Source: an uncultured Lentisphaerales bacterium (lineage in GTDB: Bacteria > Verrucomicrobiota > Kiritimatiellia > RFP12 > JAAYLN01). Taken from it: DNA of 57,934 nt. Where the stretch lies: the NCBI GenBank assembly GCA_964592855.1, contig CAZQKI010000004.1, positions 1-57,934 of the forward strand. Reading direction: 5' to 3'. The notes beneath the pieces are model-generated. The model ran no database searches. It saw only the letters and a program-made list of their open reading frames with translations, and was not told where the DNA came from. The position numbers and the translations under genes were made by a program. Of this stretch, positions 33,733-45,215 are shown one piece after another. Position 1 is the stretch's first letter. Each line of letters starts with the position of its first letter.

Positions 33733-34935
33733 ATGAACGCCATCTCCTCTCCCTCAGACCGCTGGCAATGGAAAGCCCGCCGCGAACGGCGCGCCTATCT
33801 CGCCCTGCAGGACGGCACCGTCTTCCCGGGCTATTCCGTGGGCGCGGCCCGCGAAAGCGTCGGCGAAGCGGTTTTCAACACAGGCATGACCGGCTACCAG
33901 GAAATACTCTCGGACCCATCCTATGCGGGACAGTTCGTCGTGTTGACCTGCCCCGAGATCGGCAATGTCGGGCTGAATGCGGACGACATGGAGTCGCGGC
34001 GGCTCTTCGCCGCCGGGCTGCTGATCCATGCCTACAACGAACCGAGCAACTGGCGCAGCGAGCAAACCCTGAACGCCGCACTGGTCGCGAACGACATCCC
34101 GGCCATAGCCGGTGTGGACACGCGGAAGCTGACCCTGCTGCTGCGCGACAAGGGAACGCAGCGCGCGTTTCTTTCAACTTCCGGCGAAACGCCCGTGGCA
34201 GAAGGGATCCGGCGCGCAAGGGAGTGGGAAGGTTTGGACGGACAGGACTACGCCTCGCGCGTCAGCTGCGCCGCTCCCTACCCATGGGATCCCGACAGCC
34301 GTCTGACCTGCTCGTGGGGATCGGCCACGTCGTTGCCGGCTGCCGACCTGAAGGTCGTGGCCTATGATTTCGGCATCAAGTGGAACATCCTGCGCCATCT
34401 GCGGCGGACGGGCATGCAGGTCACGGTGGTGCCGGCGCACACGTCGGCGCAGGAGGTGCTGGCGCTGCGGCCGGATGGCGTGCTCCTTTCCAACGGCCCG
34501 GCCGACCCGGCCGCGCTCGACTACGCCGTCGCCAACATCCGCGCGCTGCTGGGCCAGGTGCCGATCATGGGCATCTGCCTGGGGCATCAACTGCTGGGGT
34601 TGGCGCTGGGCGCACGCACCTACCGTCTGAAGTTCGGTCATCATGGCTGCAACCATCCGGTCAAGGATCTCGAAACGGGGCAAGTGGAAATCACCTCGCA
34701 GAACCACAACTTCGCCGTGGCGGCCGATTCGCTCGATCCGCAACGGACCGCGATCACCCATCTCAACTTGAACGACCAGACCATTGAAGGGCTGCGAGCA
34801 CTGACGGTTCCCGCCTTCTCGGTTCAATATCACCCCGAAGGCGCGCCCGGGCCCCACGACCCCTCGCCCCTCTTCCAGCGTTTCCGTAACTTGATCGTCC
34901 GTGCGCCACATCGCCACGGCACCACCGAGGCATAA
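33733..34935 (+). CDS. carA: Carbamoyl-phosphate synthase small (glutamine amidotransferase) subunit
   Basis: [18 protein letters not shown]...[23 protein letters not shown] is the CPSase small-chain N-domain. GICLGHQLL...HGCNHPV...FSVQYHPE is the class I GATase triad. The start is taken at the ATG at 33733, 11 nt after the carB stop. The track ORF is over-extended. Confidence 0.93.
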   Translation: MNAISSPSDRWQWKARRERRAYLALQDGTVFPGYSVGAARESVGEAVFNTGMTGYQEILSDPSYAGQFVVLTCPEIGNVGLNADDMESRRLFAAGLLIHAYNEPSNWRSEQTLNAALVANDIPAIAGVDTRKLTLLLRDKGTQRAFLSTSGETPVAEGIRRAREWEGLDGQDYASRVSCAAPYPWDPDSRLTCSWGSATSLPAADLKVVAYDFGIKWNILRHLRRTGMQVTVVPAHTSAQEVLALRPDGVLLSNGPADPAALDYAVANIRALLGQVPIMGICLGHQLLGLALGARTYRLKFGHHGCNHPVKDLETGQVEITSQNHNFAVAADSLDPQRTAITHLNLNDQTIEGLRALTVPAFSVQYHPEGAPGPHDPSPLFQRFRNLIVRAPHRHGTTEA

Positions 34936-34946
34936 ACAGGACAACC

Positions 34947-37022
34947 ATGAACGCAACAGAAAGCAACCAGGACATCGTCCACAAGCTGAGCAGCTACGGC
35001 GACAATGTGTTCAGCATCAACGTGATGCGCAACTATCTTTCGGAGCAGGCCTACCGGTCGCTGGCCGCTACCTTCGTGCGCGGCGATGCCATCGATCACG
35101 CCATCGCCGACGAAGTCGCCGACGCCATGAAGACCTGGGCGATGGAAAAAGGCGCCACCCACTTCACCCACTGGTTCCAGCCGCTGACCGGCGCCACCGC
35201 CGAAAAGCACGACGCCTTCTTCATGCCGAACGGCGAAGGAGGCGTGCTGGCGCGCTTCTCCGGTCGCGAACTGACGCAGGGCGAACCGGATGCATCGAGC
35301 TTTCCCTCGGGTGGACTGCGCGCCACCTTCGAAGCCCGCGGCTACACCGCCTGGGACCCGACCAGCCCGGCCTTCATCAAGGAGACCAACGGCGTGGCCG
35401 TGCTCTGCATCCCGACCATCTTCTGCGGCTACCACGGCGAGGCGCTGGACAAGAAGACGCCGCTCATGCGCTCGGGACATGCGCTGGCGCTGCAGCTCAA
35501 GCGCATGGCCAAGCTCTTCGGCGTGGATGCCAGCGGCCGAGCCTTCGCCACACTCGGCCCGGAGCAGGAGTACTTCCTGATCGACCGCCAGCACTATGCA
35601 CAGCGCACCGACCTCCGCCAGACCGGCCGCACCCTCTTCGGCAGCCGTTCCGCACGCCACCAGCAGATGGAGGACCATTACTTCGGCCACATCAACCCGC
35701 GCGTGCTGGCCTTCATGGCGGAGGTTGACGCCGAACTCTGGAGGCTCGGCGTCCCATCCAAGACCCGCCACAACGAAGTGGCGCCGGGCCAGTTCGAGCT
35801 TGCCCCCGTATTCGAGCATCAGAACCTGGCCACCGATCACAACATGCTCACCATGCAGGTGTTGCAGGAGGTGGCCGCCAAGCATGGCTTCGTCTGCCTG
35901 CTGCATGAGAAGCCCTACGCCGGCATCAACGGCTCCGGCAAGCACAACAACTGGTCGGCGACGGGTCCCGATGGCAAGAACTGGCTGTCGCCCGGCGACA
36001 CACCGCACGACAATGCCAAGTTCCTGGCGACCATCGCCGCCATCGTCGCCGGCGTAGACACTTACGCGGAACTGCTGCGCGCCACCGTGGCCACGGCCGG
36101 CAACGACCACCGCCTGGGTGCCAACGAGGCTCCCCCCGCCATCATGTCGATCTTTCTGGGCGAGCAGCTCACCGACATCATCGCACAGATCCAGAATGGC
36201 GGCGCGAAAACCAGCAAGAAGGGCGGCACGATCCAGGTGGGCGTCTCCACCATTCCGACGCTTCGGGGCGACGTGACCGACCGCAACCGGACCTCCCCGA
36301 TGGCCTTCACGGGCAACAAGTTTGAGTTCCGCGCCGTCGGCTCCAACCAGAGCTGCGCGGGACCCAATGTCGCGTTGAACACCATCTTCGCCTGGGGCAT
36401 CGACCAGATCTGCACCGAACTCGAGAAGAGCCTGGCCAAGGGCGAGGAGTTCAATGCGGCCCTCGGCTGCGTGATCCAGCAGCTCTTCAAGAAGCACCAG
36501 CGCGTCCTTTTCGACGGCGACAACTACAGCGCCGAGTGGCGCGCCGAGGCCGCCCGCCGGGGGTTGCCCTGCGCCATGACCACGCCCGAATCGCTGCCAG
36601 TGCTGAAGGCCCCCGAGACCCTCGCGCTCTTCAAGAAGTACGGCGTGTTCACGGAACGCGAACTCCTGTCACGCTACGACATCTACTGCGAGACCTACGA
36701 CAAAACAATCCTGATCGAGGCCAACTGCGCCCTGCGCATGATTCGGACGCAGATCATTCCCGCCGGACTGGCCTATGCGACCACGCTGCGAGCGGCCGGC
36801 AAGGAGGCGCCGCTGGTCAAGCTGGCCAAGCGCGTCGCGGCCTTGAACATCAAGCTGCTGTCGACGGCCGACAAGCTCGAAACCGCCATCGGCAAACACG
36901 ATGTGGCAACCGCGAATGTCATCATGAAGACGGCCCGTGTCGCCGCCGACGAACTGGAGACGCTCGTGCCCGCCGATCAGTGGCCGCTGCCGACGTACGC
37001 CGAGATGCTCTTCCTGGCGTGA
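34947..37022 (+). CDS. glnN: Glutamine synthetase, type III
   Basis: 691-aa ORF with an N-terminus (FSINVMRNYLSEQAYRSL...THFTHWFQPLTG) and a core (GPEQEYFLID, NEVAPGQFELAPVFE, HEKPYAGINGSGKHNNWS) characteristic of the roughly 700-aa GSIII class. Confidence 0.9.
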   Translation: MNATESNQDIVHKLSSYGDNVFSINVMRNYLSEQAYRSLAATFVRGDAIDHAIADEVADAMKTWAMEKGATHFTHWFQPLTGATAEKHDAFFMPNGEGGVLARFSGRELTQGEPDASSFPSGGLRATFEARGYTAWDPTSPAFIKETNGVAVLCIPTIFCGYHGEALDKKTPLMRSGHALALQLKRMAKLFGVDASGRAFATLGPEQEYFLIDRQHYAQRTDLRQTGRTLFGSRSARHQQMEDHYFGHINPRVLAFMAEVDAELWRLGVPSKTRHNEVAPGQFELAPVFEHQNLATDHNMLTMQVLQEVAAKHGFVCLLHEKPYAGINGSGKHNNWSATGPDGKNWLSPGDTPHDNAKFLATIAAIVAGVDTYAELLRATVATAGNDHRLGANEAPPAIMSIFLGEQLTDIIAQIQNGGAKTSKKGGTIQVGVSTIPTLRGDVTDRNRTSPMAFTGNKFEFRAVGSNQSCAGPNVALNTIFAWGIDQICTELEKSLAKGEEFNAALGCVIQQLFKKHQRVLFDGDNYSAEWRAEAARRGLPCAMTTPESLPVLKAPETLALFKKYGVFTERELLSRYDIYCETYDKTILIEANCALRMIRTQIIPAGLAYATTLRAAGKEAPLVKLAKRVAALNIKLLSTADKLETAIGKHDVATANVIMKTARVAADELETLVPADQWPLPTYAEMLFLA

Positions 37023-37043
37023 AGCGGGGCACTCCTGCCGCGA

Positions 37044-37227
37044 CCGTTGCGGCTGCATCGGTCGTGCACCTGCCGGAGGAACGGGACGTATCGGACCGTT
37101 CAGCGTGGGGTGCGCGGTCCCGTAGGTCCCTCGCTACTGTTGCGGCTGCATCGGTCGGGCGCCTGCCGGTAGAACGGGACGTATCGGACCGTTCCCCCGC
37201 AGGGTGCGCGGTCCCATAGGTCCCGCG

Positions 37228-37250
<23 letters not shown>
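37044..37250. repeat. Tandem direct repeat with a period of about 94 bp (2.2 copies) whose unit begins with a copy of the pyrG 3' terminus
   Basis: Units start at 37044, 37137 and 37231 (the last partial, inside pyrG). Each begins C(C/T)GTTGCGGC(T/A)GCATC(G/C)GTC and contains GGGACGTATCGGACCGTT followed by GCGCGGTCCC(G/A)TAGGTCCC, which form hairpins. The repeat lies between the convergent glnN and pyrG genes. Confidence 0.9.
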
Positions 37251-38844
<1,594 letters not shown>

Positions 38845-38865
38845 GTGTTTCTTCCGTTCTGGTGA

Positions 38866-40314
38866 TCAAATGCGTGCCGTTGAATTGGACGCCACACCGG
38901 GTTCCAGCGCCAGCTTGCCCTGCCGATCAGTCACCTCCACCGGATAGCGGCCGGTAAAGCAGGCACGACAGAAGCGCATGGCACCCTCCGGGAAGGGCGC
39001 CAGCAGCCCCTCCTCGCTGAGATAGCCGAGGGAATCGGCGCCGACCCAGACGCGGACCTCCTCGACGGTGCGGTTGGCGGCGATCAGCTCTGCTTCGGTG
39101 GCGAAGTCGATGCCGTAGAAGCAGGGGTGGCGCGTCGGCGGGCATGAGATGCGCACATGCACTTCGGTGGCGCCGCAGGTCCGCAGGAGCGCCACCCGCT
39201 GACGGACCGTGTTGCCGCGGACGATGGAGTCGTCCACTACGATCACGCGCCGGCCTGCGACCGTCTCGGGCAGCACGGCCAGCTTGAGATCGGCGCCGGC
39301 GGCGCGCTGCCCCGCCTCGGGCATGATAAAGGTGCGGCCGACGTAGTGATTGCGGATGAAGCCCATGTCGAGCGGGATGCCGCTGGCACGGGAGTAGCCG
39401 ATGGCTGCCGCCATGCCGCTGTCGGGAATGGGGATCACGACATCCGCCGCGACGGGGTGCTCCTGGGCCAGCCGCATACCGTATTGCACGCGCACCTGAT
39501 GCACGTTGCAGCCGAAGACCAGGCTGTCGGGGCGGGCAAAATAGACCATTTCAAAGACGCACCGCGAGCCGCAGGCCGCCGGCTCCGCAAAGCGGTAGCT
39601 CGCAAGTCCGTTTTCGTTGACCGTCAACAGTTCGCCCGGCTCCACCTCTCGCACATATTCGGCGCCGATCTGACGGAGCGCGCACGACTCGCTCGCGAAG
39701 ACATAGGCCTCCCCGATACGCCCCATGACCAGCGGCTTGAAACCGTGGGGGTCGCGCGCCGCCATGATGCTGTCGCGCGTCATCAGCACAAACGAATAGG
39801 CACCCTGCAACTCGGCGAGCGCACGCCCGACGCGGCGGATGCGGTTACGGTAATAGGGATCCGCCAGGAGGTGGACCAGAACCTCGCTGTCGGTGGTCGT
39901 CTGGAAAATCGAGCCGGACTGCTGATAGGCGCGCCGCAACTGGGCGGCGTTGGTCAGGTTGCCGTTGTGGGCGATGGCCCAGGTGCCGTCGGCGCACTCG
40001 GCAACCAGCGGCTGAACGTTTTCCGTGCGCGAGGCGCCGCAGGTCGAGTAGCGGACATGTCCGATACCAAGCCGTCCAGGCAGTCGGGAAAGGCCGCCGT
40101 CGTTGAAGACCTCCTGCACCAGTCCCGGCCCCTTGTGGACGTGCAGCCTGATCCCGTCGCTGACCGTGATACCGGCCCCCTCCTGGCCGCGGTGCTGCTG
40201 GGCGAAGAGACCGGCGTAAATGGCATCGGCTGCCGGGTCAATACCATAAACAGCCATCACACCGCAGGATTCCTTGGGCGCATCCGACGGTTCGGGAGAA
40301 GAGGCAGGTTGCAT
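38866..40314 (-). CDS. purF: Amidophosphoribosyltransferase (glutamine PRPP amidotransferase)
   Basis: CGVMAVYG is the Ntn catalytic Cys following a short propeptide. Other motifs are HVRYSTCG, AIAHNGNLTNA and the PRTase motif VIVVDDSIVRGNT. The start may be the ATG at 40314 (MQPASS) or at 40347. Confidence 0.93.
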   Translation of the reverse strand: MQPASSPEPSDAPKESCGVMAVYGIDPAADAIYAGLFAQQHRGQEGAGITVSDGIRLHVHKGPGLVQEVFNDGGLSRLPGRLGIGHVRYSTCGASRTENVQPLVAECADGTWAIAHNGNLTNAAQLRRAYQQSGSIFQTTTDSEVLVHLLADPYYRNRIRRVGRALAELQGAYSFVLMTRDSIMAARDPHGFKPLVMGRIGEAYVFASESCALRQIGAEYVREVEPGELLTVNENGLASYRFAEPAACGSRCVFEMVYFARPDSLVFGCNVHQVRVQYGMRLAQEHPVAADVVIPIPDSGMAAAIGYSRASGIPLDMGFIRNHYVGRTFIMPEAGQRAAGADLKLAVLPETVAGRRVIVVDDSIVRGNTVRQRVALLRTCGATEVHVRISCPPTRHPCFYGIDFATEAELIAANRTVEEVRVWVGADSLGYLSEEGLLAPFPEGAMRFCRACFTGRYPVEVTDRQGKLALEPGVASNSTARI

Positions 40315-40678
40315 ATAGTAAACATCTGCCAGCAGGTCACATGCCAAAATCGAGCGACAGGCACGGCAATAATCGCCCGATGGTGTTCAGTGATCGGTAA
40401 GCGGCGATCGGTGAGGAATTATCATACTCCAGACGCATGATCCATAAGGTGGGGCGAGGCGTCCCGCCGAGCCGCAGTGAGGGTTAATCCTGGTTTCTTG
40501 AGTTTCTGATTGATTTTGGCCAGTTCCAATAGAGTTGAATCTGTGGATGTGGCATGCCTGATAAACGCGGCAACGGCGGCGGCGACGGCGCATTTATTTT
40601 GGCCTGCGATATACAAAAACCACCACCGACACTTTTGTCGTGCCGTTCAATTTATCTACCACAATTATGTGCGCTGGA

Positions 40679-41020
40679 CTAGCCAATGGCCGCCCCACCC
40701 TTCTCGCCGGTCCGGATGCGGATGCATTCCGGCAAGTCGAGGATGAAGATCTTGCCGTCGCCGATCTTGCCGGTTCGCGCCCCTTTGATGATGGCCGCCA
40801 CGGTCGGCTCGACAAACTCGTCGTTGACCGCGATCTCGAGGCGCACCTTCTTCAGCAGGTTGATTTCCTCGACCGCGCCACGGTACGCCTCGTGATACCC
40901 TTTCTGCTGTCCGCAGCCCAGGGCGTTGGAGGCCGACATCTTGAAAACTTCGGCGGCAAAGAGCGCCTGTTTCACATCGGTGAGCTTTTCAGGCTGAATG
41001 TAGGCGATGATCAGTTTCAT
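40679..41020 (-). CDS. glnK: P-II nitrogen regulatory protein
   Basis: The 113-aa sequence [25 protein letters not shown]...[16 protein letters not shown]...[26 protein letters not shown] has the P-II fold signature. It lies immediately downstream of amt. Confidence 0.9.
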   Translation of the reverse strand: MKLIIAYIQPEKLTDVKQALFAAEVFKMSASNALGCGQQKGYHEAYRGAVEEINLLKKVRLEIAVNDEFVEPTVAAIIKGARTGKIGDGKIFILDLPECIRIRTGEKGGAAIG

Positions 41021-41038
41021 GTTACTCGCTCCCTTCGT

Positions 41039-42451
41039 TCACTTGGTCAGAAATCCCTGGAAGTCCGGATAGGCCTCCATGCCGTGCTCGCCCATGTCGA
41101 GCCCGCCCAGTTCCTCTTCGCGGCTGACCCGCAGTCCGATGACCGCCCGGATGACCAGCCACGCAGCCAGCGCAACGGCAAAGGTAAAGAGGCCCACAGC
41201 GGCGACCCCGAGCGCCTGCCGTCCGAGCAGTGCGGTCCCGCCGCCGTAGAACAGGCCGTTGCCCGTGGTGCCCGGCATGATCGAATCCTGCGCAAACAGT
41301 CCGACAGCCAAGGTTCCAAAGACGCCATTGACCAAGTGCACCGACAACGCGCCGACGGGATCGTCCAGCCTGACCTTGTCGAAGAACAGGACGGCCGGCA
41401 CGACCAGCAGGCCGGCGATGAGACCGATCACCGCCGCGGCGCCGACGCTCACATAGGCGCACGACGCCGTCACCGCGACCAGACCGGCAAGGCATCCGTT
41501 CAGAATCATGGAGAGATCGGGCTTGCCCAGCAGCAGCCACGCCATTGCCGTCGCGCTCAGCGTGGCCGCCGCCGCCGCCATGTTCGTTGTCACCGCGATG
41601 CGCCCGATGTCATTGGCGCTGGCGGCCATGGTGGATCCCGGGTTGAAGCCGAACCACCCGAACCAGAGCACCAGCACGCCCAGCGCCGTGGTGGACATGT
41701 TGTGCCCGAAAATCGGCCGAACGCTCCCGTCAGGACGGTATTTGCCCAGCCGCGGCCCCAGCAGCAATACCCCGGCCAGCGCGGCCCAGCCACCGACCGA
41801 ATGAACGACCGTCGAGCCCGCAAAGTCCCACATCCCGAGCTTCTGTAACCACCCCCCACCCCAGATCCAGTGGCCGGTCAACGGATACATCACCCCCACG
41901 ATGACGAACGAAAAGACGATGAAGGCGACAAACTTGATCCGCTCCGCCACCGCGCCCGAGACGATCGTCGCCGCCGTGCCGGCAAACACCAACTGGAACA
42001 GGAACTTGGCCCAGAAAGGGACGCCGGCCCAGTTGATCGAACGGTAGACCCCCCGATAGGCTTCCCCCGTCGCGGGACTGTTGTCGGCGCCGGCGGCGAA
42101 GAGAATGCCCTTCAGCCCGGCAAAACCGCTTCCGTCGCCGTACATCAGCCCCCATCCCAGAACCCAGAAGGCGATGGATGAAATGGCGAAGACAATAAAG
42201 TTCTTCGCCAAGATGTTCACCGTGTTCTTCGCCCGGCACAACCCCGACTCGACCATGGCGAAACCCAGATTCATGAAGAACACCAGAAACGCCGCGAGCA
42301 GCACCCAGACCGTGTCGAGGTTCACTTTGGCGTTTCTTAGCGAATCGGCCATCTCCTGCGTGAAGACCGGAGCCGCTACCGCCGCTTCCTGGGAAAACCC
42401 GTGAAGCGCAGCCAACGACACCAAAAAAATGATCAATAAGCGTTTGTACAT
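41039..42451 (-). CDS. amtB: Ammonium transporter (Amt family)
   Basis: It has a signal peptide (MYKRLLIIFLVSLAALHGFS) and 11 TM segments. Amt signatures are FFMNLGFAMVESGLCRAKN, DFAGSTVVHSVGGW and GALSVHLVNGVFGTL. The start is taken at the ATG at 42451, with a GAAAGGA Shine-Dalgarno upstream. Confidence 0.92.
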   Translation of the reverse strand: MYKRLLIIFLVSLAALHGFSQEAAVAAPVFTQEMADSLRNAKVNLDTVWVLLAAFLVFFMNLGFAMVESGLCRAKNTVNILAKNFIVFAISSIAFWVLGWGLMYGDGSGFAGLKGILFAAGADNSPATGEAYRGVYRSINWAGVPFWAKFLFQLVFAGTAATIVSGAVAERIKFVAFIVFSFVIVGVMYPLTGHWIWGGGWLQKLGMWDFAGSTVVHSVGGWAALAGVLLLGPRLGKYRPDGSVRPIFGHNMSTTALGVLVLWFGWFGFNPGSTMAASANDIGRIAVTTNMAAAAATLSATAMAWLLLGKPDLSMILNGCLAGLVAVTASCAYVSVGAAAVIGLIAGLLVVPAVLFFDKVRLDDPVGALSVHLVNGVFGTLAVGLFAQDSIMPGTTGNGLFYGGGTALLGRQALGVAAVGLFTFAVALAAWLVIRAVIGLRVSREEELGGLDMGEHGMEAYPDFQGFLTK

Positions 42452-42507
42452 AGGTCTTGTCCTTTCAGGTTTCATCCATACGTTAAAATATTGCACGATT
42501 GTGTATT

Positions 42508-42524
42508 CGCCTAAAGCATGCCAA
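42508..42524 (-). promoter_or_regulatory. Candidate sigma54-like (-24/-12) element upstream of amtB
   Basis: The minus strand reads TTGGCATGCTTTAGGCG, with GG-N10-GC spacing. The -12 element is weak (AGGC against TTGC). It sits about 60-70 nt upstream of the amtB ATG, inside an AT-rich island. Confidence 0.25.
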
Positions 42525-42756
42525 CGCGGTCAACATTTTCTTAGAATACTAGACTACAACATATTATATGAATTAACGGAATATGCAACGGCATTATCAC
42601 GCACTTCATAAATGTTATTAATTAATATTTCAAGACATTAATGTCTTCGCAGCGCCGATCTCAAAAGCGGTGCAAATGACTAGCTATGCCCCTGAAGTTC
42701 TGAACACCTTGTTGGGCGGGAAGAAAGAGAAAGGAACGACCGGAGGAAATCGTGAT

Positions 42757-42826
42757 CCGTAGTCGTCGCCGTAGTCGTCAACCGACCCTCCCCCCATCCA
42801 GTGGACGACAACGGCGACGACAACGG
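42757..42826. repeat. REP-like 12-mer hairpin family member R2
   Basis: CCGTAGTCGTCGCCGTAGTCGTCAAC (42757-42782) faces GTGGACGACAACGGCGACGACAACGG (42801-42826). The arms are complementary apart from 3 mismatches, and the loop is 18 nt. Confidence 0.85.
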
Positions 42827-42896
42827 TGGACGGCGCAAAGGGCACGTAGCAGGCTCGGGCCCTCAAGAGCGAACAATTCATCCCCCATGCGACAAA

Positions 42897-42957
42897 AACC
42901 GCTTGTCACCAATCCGCAGCCGCTCTACACTTGCTGCACGAGGGATAAAACGCTATT
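42897..42957 (+). promoter_or_regulatory. 61-nt duplicated promoter/leader element, copy 1
   Basis: The sequence is AACCGCTTGTCACCAATCCGCAGCCGCTCTACACTTGCTGCACGAGGGATAAAACGCTATT. It contains TTGTCA (42903-42908), a 17-nt spacer and TACACT (42926-42931). It is identical to 45122-45182 apart from 1 nt. Confidence 0.55.
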
Positions 42958-43098
42958 GGCGGGAGCGAAACACAAAAACTCATCCTTGAGCGATGCAGTC
43001 CGATGGGATAAAGGGTACATGGTATGCCGCGAGGCGCGGCAACCATGACACACGCCCGTTCGCGTGAGGCAGAACTACAGAGCAGGAAAGAATCAGAT

Positions 43099-43908
43099 AT
43101 GAGTCTCAAGACAACGGGAATGATCATGCAAGGACAGCGAATTTTCTACACGGGCCACAGTTTTCATGTCTTCATCGCGCCCATTCTGCAAGACATTGCC
43201 GCAGCCGCCGGCATCTCAGGTCAGGAGTACCTCGGCTTGTCGGCGATCGGCGGTTCGCGGGTCATTCAACACTGGGACGTGCCGGATGCGACCAACAAGG
43301 CCAAGCAGGCGTTGGAAACGGGCCAGGTTGACGTGTTGACCCTGGCGCCGATCTTCATGCCGGACGATGGCATCGACAAGTTCGCCGCGCTGGCACTGGC
43401 GAAGAACCCGAAGATCCGGATAACCGTCCAGGAAGACTGGTTGTGGCGCGACACGGTCGAACCGATCAGCGAAATCCGGAGCGCCAGAACCTGGGATTAC
43501 GACGGCATCACCGGCGCAGAGCTTCGGACGATTCACGACCCGGTGTTCAAAAGCATCGATGAATATTGCGCGGCCGTGAACCAGAAGCTCGGCAAAACGG
43601 TGCTGTACATTGTGCCGGCCGGTCAGGCGGTCATTGCGTTGCGCGAGCGGATCATCGCCGGGAATGCCGGCGGACTGAAAACGCAGACTGAATTGTTCCG
43701 CGACCGGGTCGGCCATCCTGCGCTTCCCCTGCAAGTGCTCGTGGCGTATTGCCATTACGCGGTCTTCTATCGTCGCAGTCCGGCGGGCCTGCCGACGCCG
43801 GAGATACTGGCCAGGGAACAGAACCCCGAGTGGAGCGGCGAGACGGTTCGCGTGCTGCAGGAAGTGGCCTGGGAGGCTGTGACGCAGCATCCCCAGAGCG
43901 GCGTGTGA
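43099..43908 (+). CDS. Hypothetical protein, possibly SGNH/DUF4886-like hydrolase
   Basis: The ORF has ordinary protein composition. RIFYTGHSFH near the N-terminus and FRDRVGHPALPLQVLVAYCHYAVFY near the C-terminus loosely resemble SGNH-type block I and block V. The start is uncertain (43024, 43045 or 43099); AGGAAAG lies 8 nt before 43099. Confidence 0.4.
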   Translation: MSLKTTGMIMQGQRIFYTGHSFHVFIAPILQDIAAAAGISGQEYLGLSAIGGSRVIQHWDVPDATNKAKQALETGQVDVLTLAPIFMPDDGIDKFAALALAKNPKIRITVQEDWLWRDTVEPISEIRSARTWDYDGITGAELRTIHDPVFKSIDEYCAAVNQKLGKTVLYIVPAGQAVIALRERIIAGNAGGLKTQTELFRDRVGHPALPLQVLVAYCHYAVFYRRSPAGLPTPEILAREQNPEWSGETVRVLQEVAWEAVTQHPQSGV

Positions 43909-43918
43909 GGAGCTTATT

Positions 43919-45025
43919 GTGACTGTTAAGAAAAACGCGATCGATTCCCGCAATCTCATGCCGCTGCTCACGTTTAACGATGGCGGAAAAGTCATCGCGG
44001 AGAACTGGCCCAGGCGCCGCGCTGAACTGCTGGCCTTGCTGAGCGACAACCTCTATGGCTGGACGCCGGCACCGCCGCCGTCGGTGCGTGGCGAGGTGAC
44101 AACCGAACAGACCGACGCATACGCCGGCAAGGTGACCGAGCGCCACGTCGTCATCTCCTTTACCACGCCGTCAGGCGAATGCTCGTTTCCAATACACCTG
44201 TTCATTCCGAACGCCGGACGCCCTCTCCCCGTATTCCTGCACTTGGCGTTTCGCGATACCCTCCCCGACAAATACGTGCCGGTCGAGGAGATCACCGACA
44301 ACGGATTCGCCCTGGCGGTGCTCTGCTACCAGGATGCGGTCAACGACAATCACTTCGGCGACTACTCGGACGGGCTGGCCAAGCACTTCATCCACGGCGA
44401 ACGCAAACCGGACGAGTGGGGCAAGATCGGCATGTGGGCCTACTGCGCAAGCCGCGTCTACGACTACCTTTGCACGCAACCGGAACTCGACTCCGGACGC
44501 GTGGCCGTCATCGGGCACTCCCGCCTCGGCAAGACCGCGCTCTGGACCGGCGCGCAGGACGAGCGCTTCTGGGCGGCGATCTCGAACAACTCCGGATTCG
44601 GCGGCGCGGCCATCGCCAAGCATGGCCAGGGCGAGCGTGTGGACGATTTCAGGCGCTGCGGCTCCTGGGACTGGTTCTGCCCGAAATTCCTGTCGTTCAT
44701 CGGGAGCGAGGACAGCCTGCCCTACGACCAGCACATGCTTCTCGCCCTCATCGCACCCCGCCTGCTCGCCATCGGGAGCGCGGAGTTGGATCGCGGCGCC
44801 GACCCCGTCAGCGAGTTCCTCTCGGCCTATGCCGCATCGCCGGTGTGGGATTTGCTGGACCGCAAGGGACTGGTCTCCCCCGCTGAACTTCCCAAGGTGG
44901 GCACTTCGCTGACGGAAGGTTGCATCGGCTACCACCTCCGTGCCGGAAGACATTTCCTGTCCCGCGCCGACTGGGGCCACTACATGGCCTTCCTCAAGCG
45001 AAAAATGCACACCGATCAGCTGTGA
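43919..45025 (+). CDS. Glucuronoyl-esterase-like alpha/beta hydrolase (CE15-like)
   Basis: GTG start. VIGHSRLGKTALWTG matches the bacterial CE15 G-x-S-R-x-G-K nucleophile motif. The N-terminus (FNDGGKVIAENWPRRRAELLALLSDNLYG) and the C-terminus (YHLRAGRHFLSRADWGHYMAFL) are typical of the family. Confidence 0.65.
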   Translation: MTVKKNAIDSRNLMPLLTFNDGGKVIAENWPRRRAELLALLSDNLYGWTPAPPPSVRGEVTTEQTDAYAGKVTERHVVISFTTPSGECSFPIHLFIPNAGRPLPVFLHLAFRDTLPDKYVPVEEITDNGFALAVLCYQDAVNDNHFGDYSDGLAKHFIHGERKPDEWGKIGMWAYCASRVYDYLCTQPELDSGRVAVIGHSRLGKTALWTGAQDERFWAAISNNSGFGGAAIAKHGQGERVDDFRRCGSWDWFCPKFLSFIGSEDSLPYDQHMLLALIAPRLLAIGSAELDRGADPVSEFLSAYAASPVWDLLDRKGLVSPAELPKVGTSLTEGCIGYHLRAGRHFLSRADWGHYMAFLKRKMHTDQL

Positions 45026-45121
45026 CGGCCGACGGCCTGCCGTCCGCCGCCAGCCATTGTTCGGACAAGAACAGCAAATCGGGATTTGTTGACATGGTGA
45101 GCTTTATCGGGTGCGGCAAAT

Positions 45122-45182
45122 AACCGCTTGTCACCAATCCGCAGCCGCTCTACACTTGCCGCACGAGGGATAAAACGCTATT
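45122..45182 (+). promoter_or_regulatory. 61-nt duplicated promoter/leader element, copy 2
   Basis: This is the same 61-mer as 42897-42957, with one T-to-C difference. It contains TTGTCA (45128-45133), a 17-nt spacer and TACACT (45151-45156). It is followed by an AAGGAG Shine-Dalgarno and the ATG at 45216. Confidence 0.55.
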
Positions 45183-45215
45183 CGTTCGCCGGATAACGAA
45201 ACGAAGGAGACGCAC

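Noticed and set aside
40348-40678. 330-bp gap between glnK and purF, inspected for a tRNA, a glutamine riboswitch or a terminator.
   Set aside because: No cloverleaf-compatible segment or recognisable riboswitch core was seen by eye. Only a weak 5-bp stem (CGACA/TGTCG, about 40627-40642) with a distant T-run is present on the minus strand. That is too weak to annotate as a terminator.
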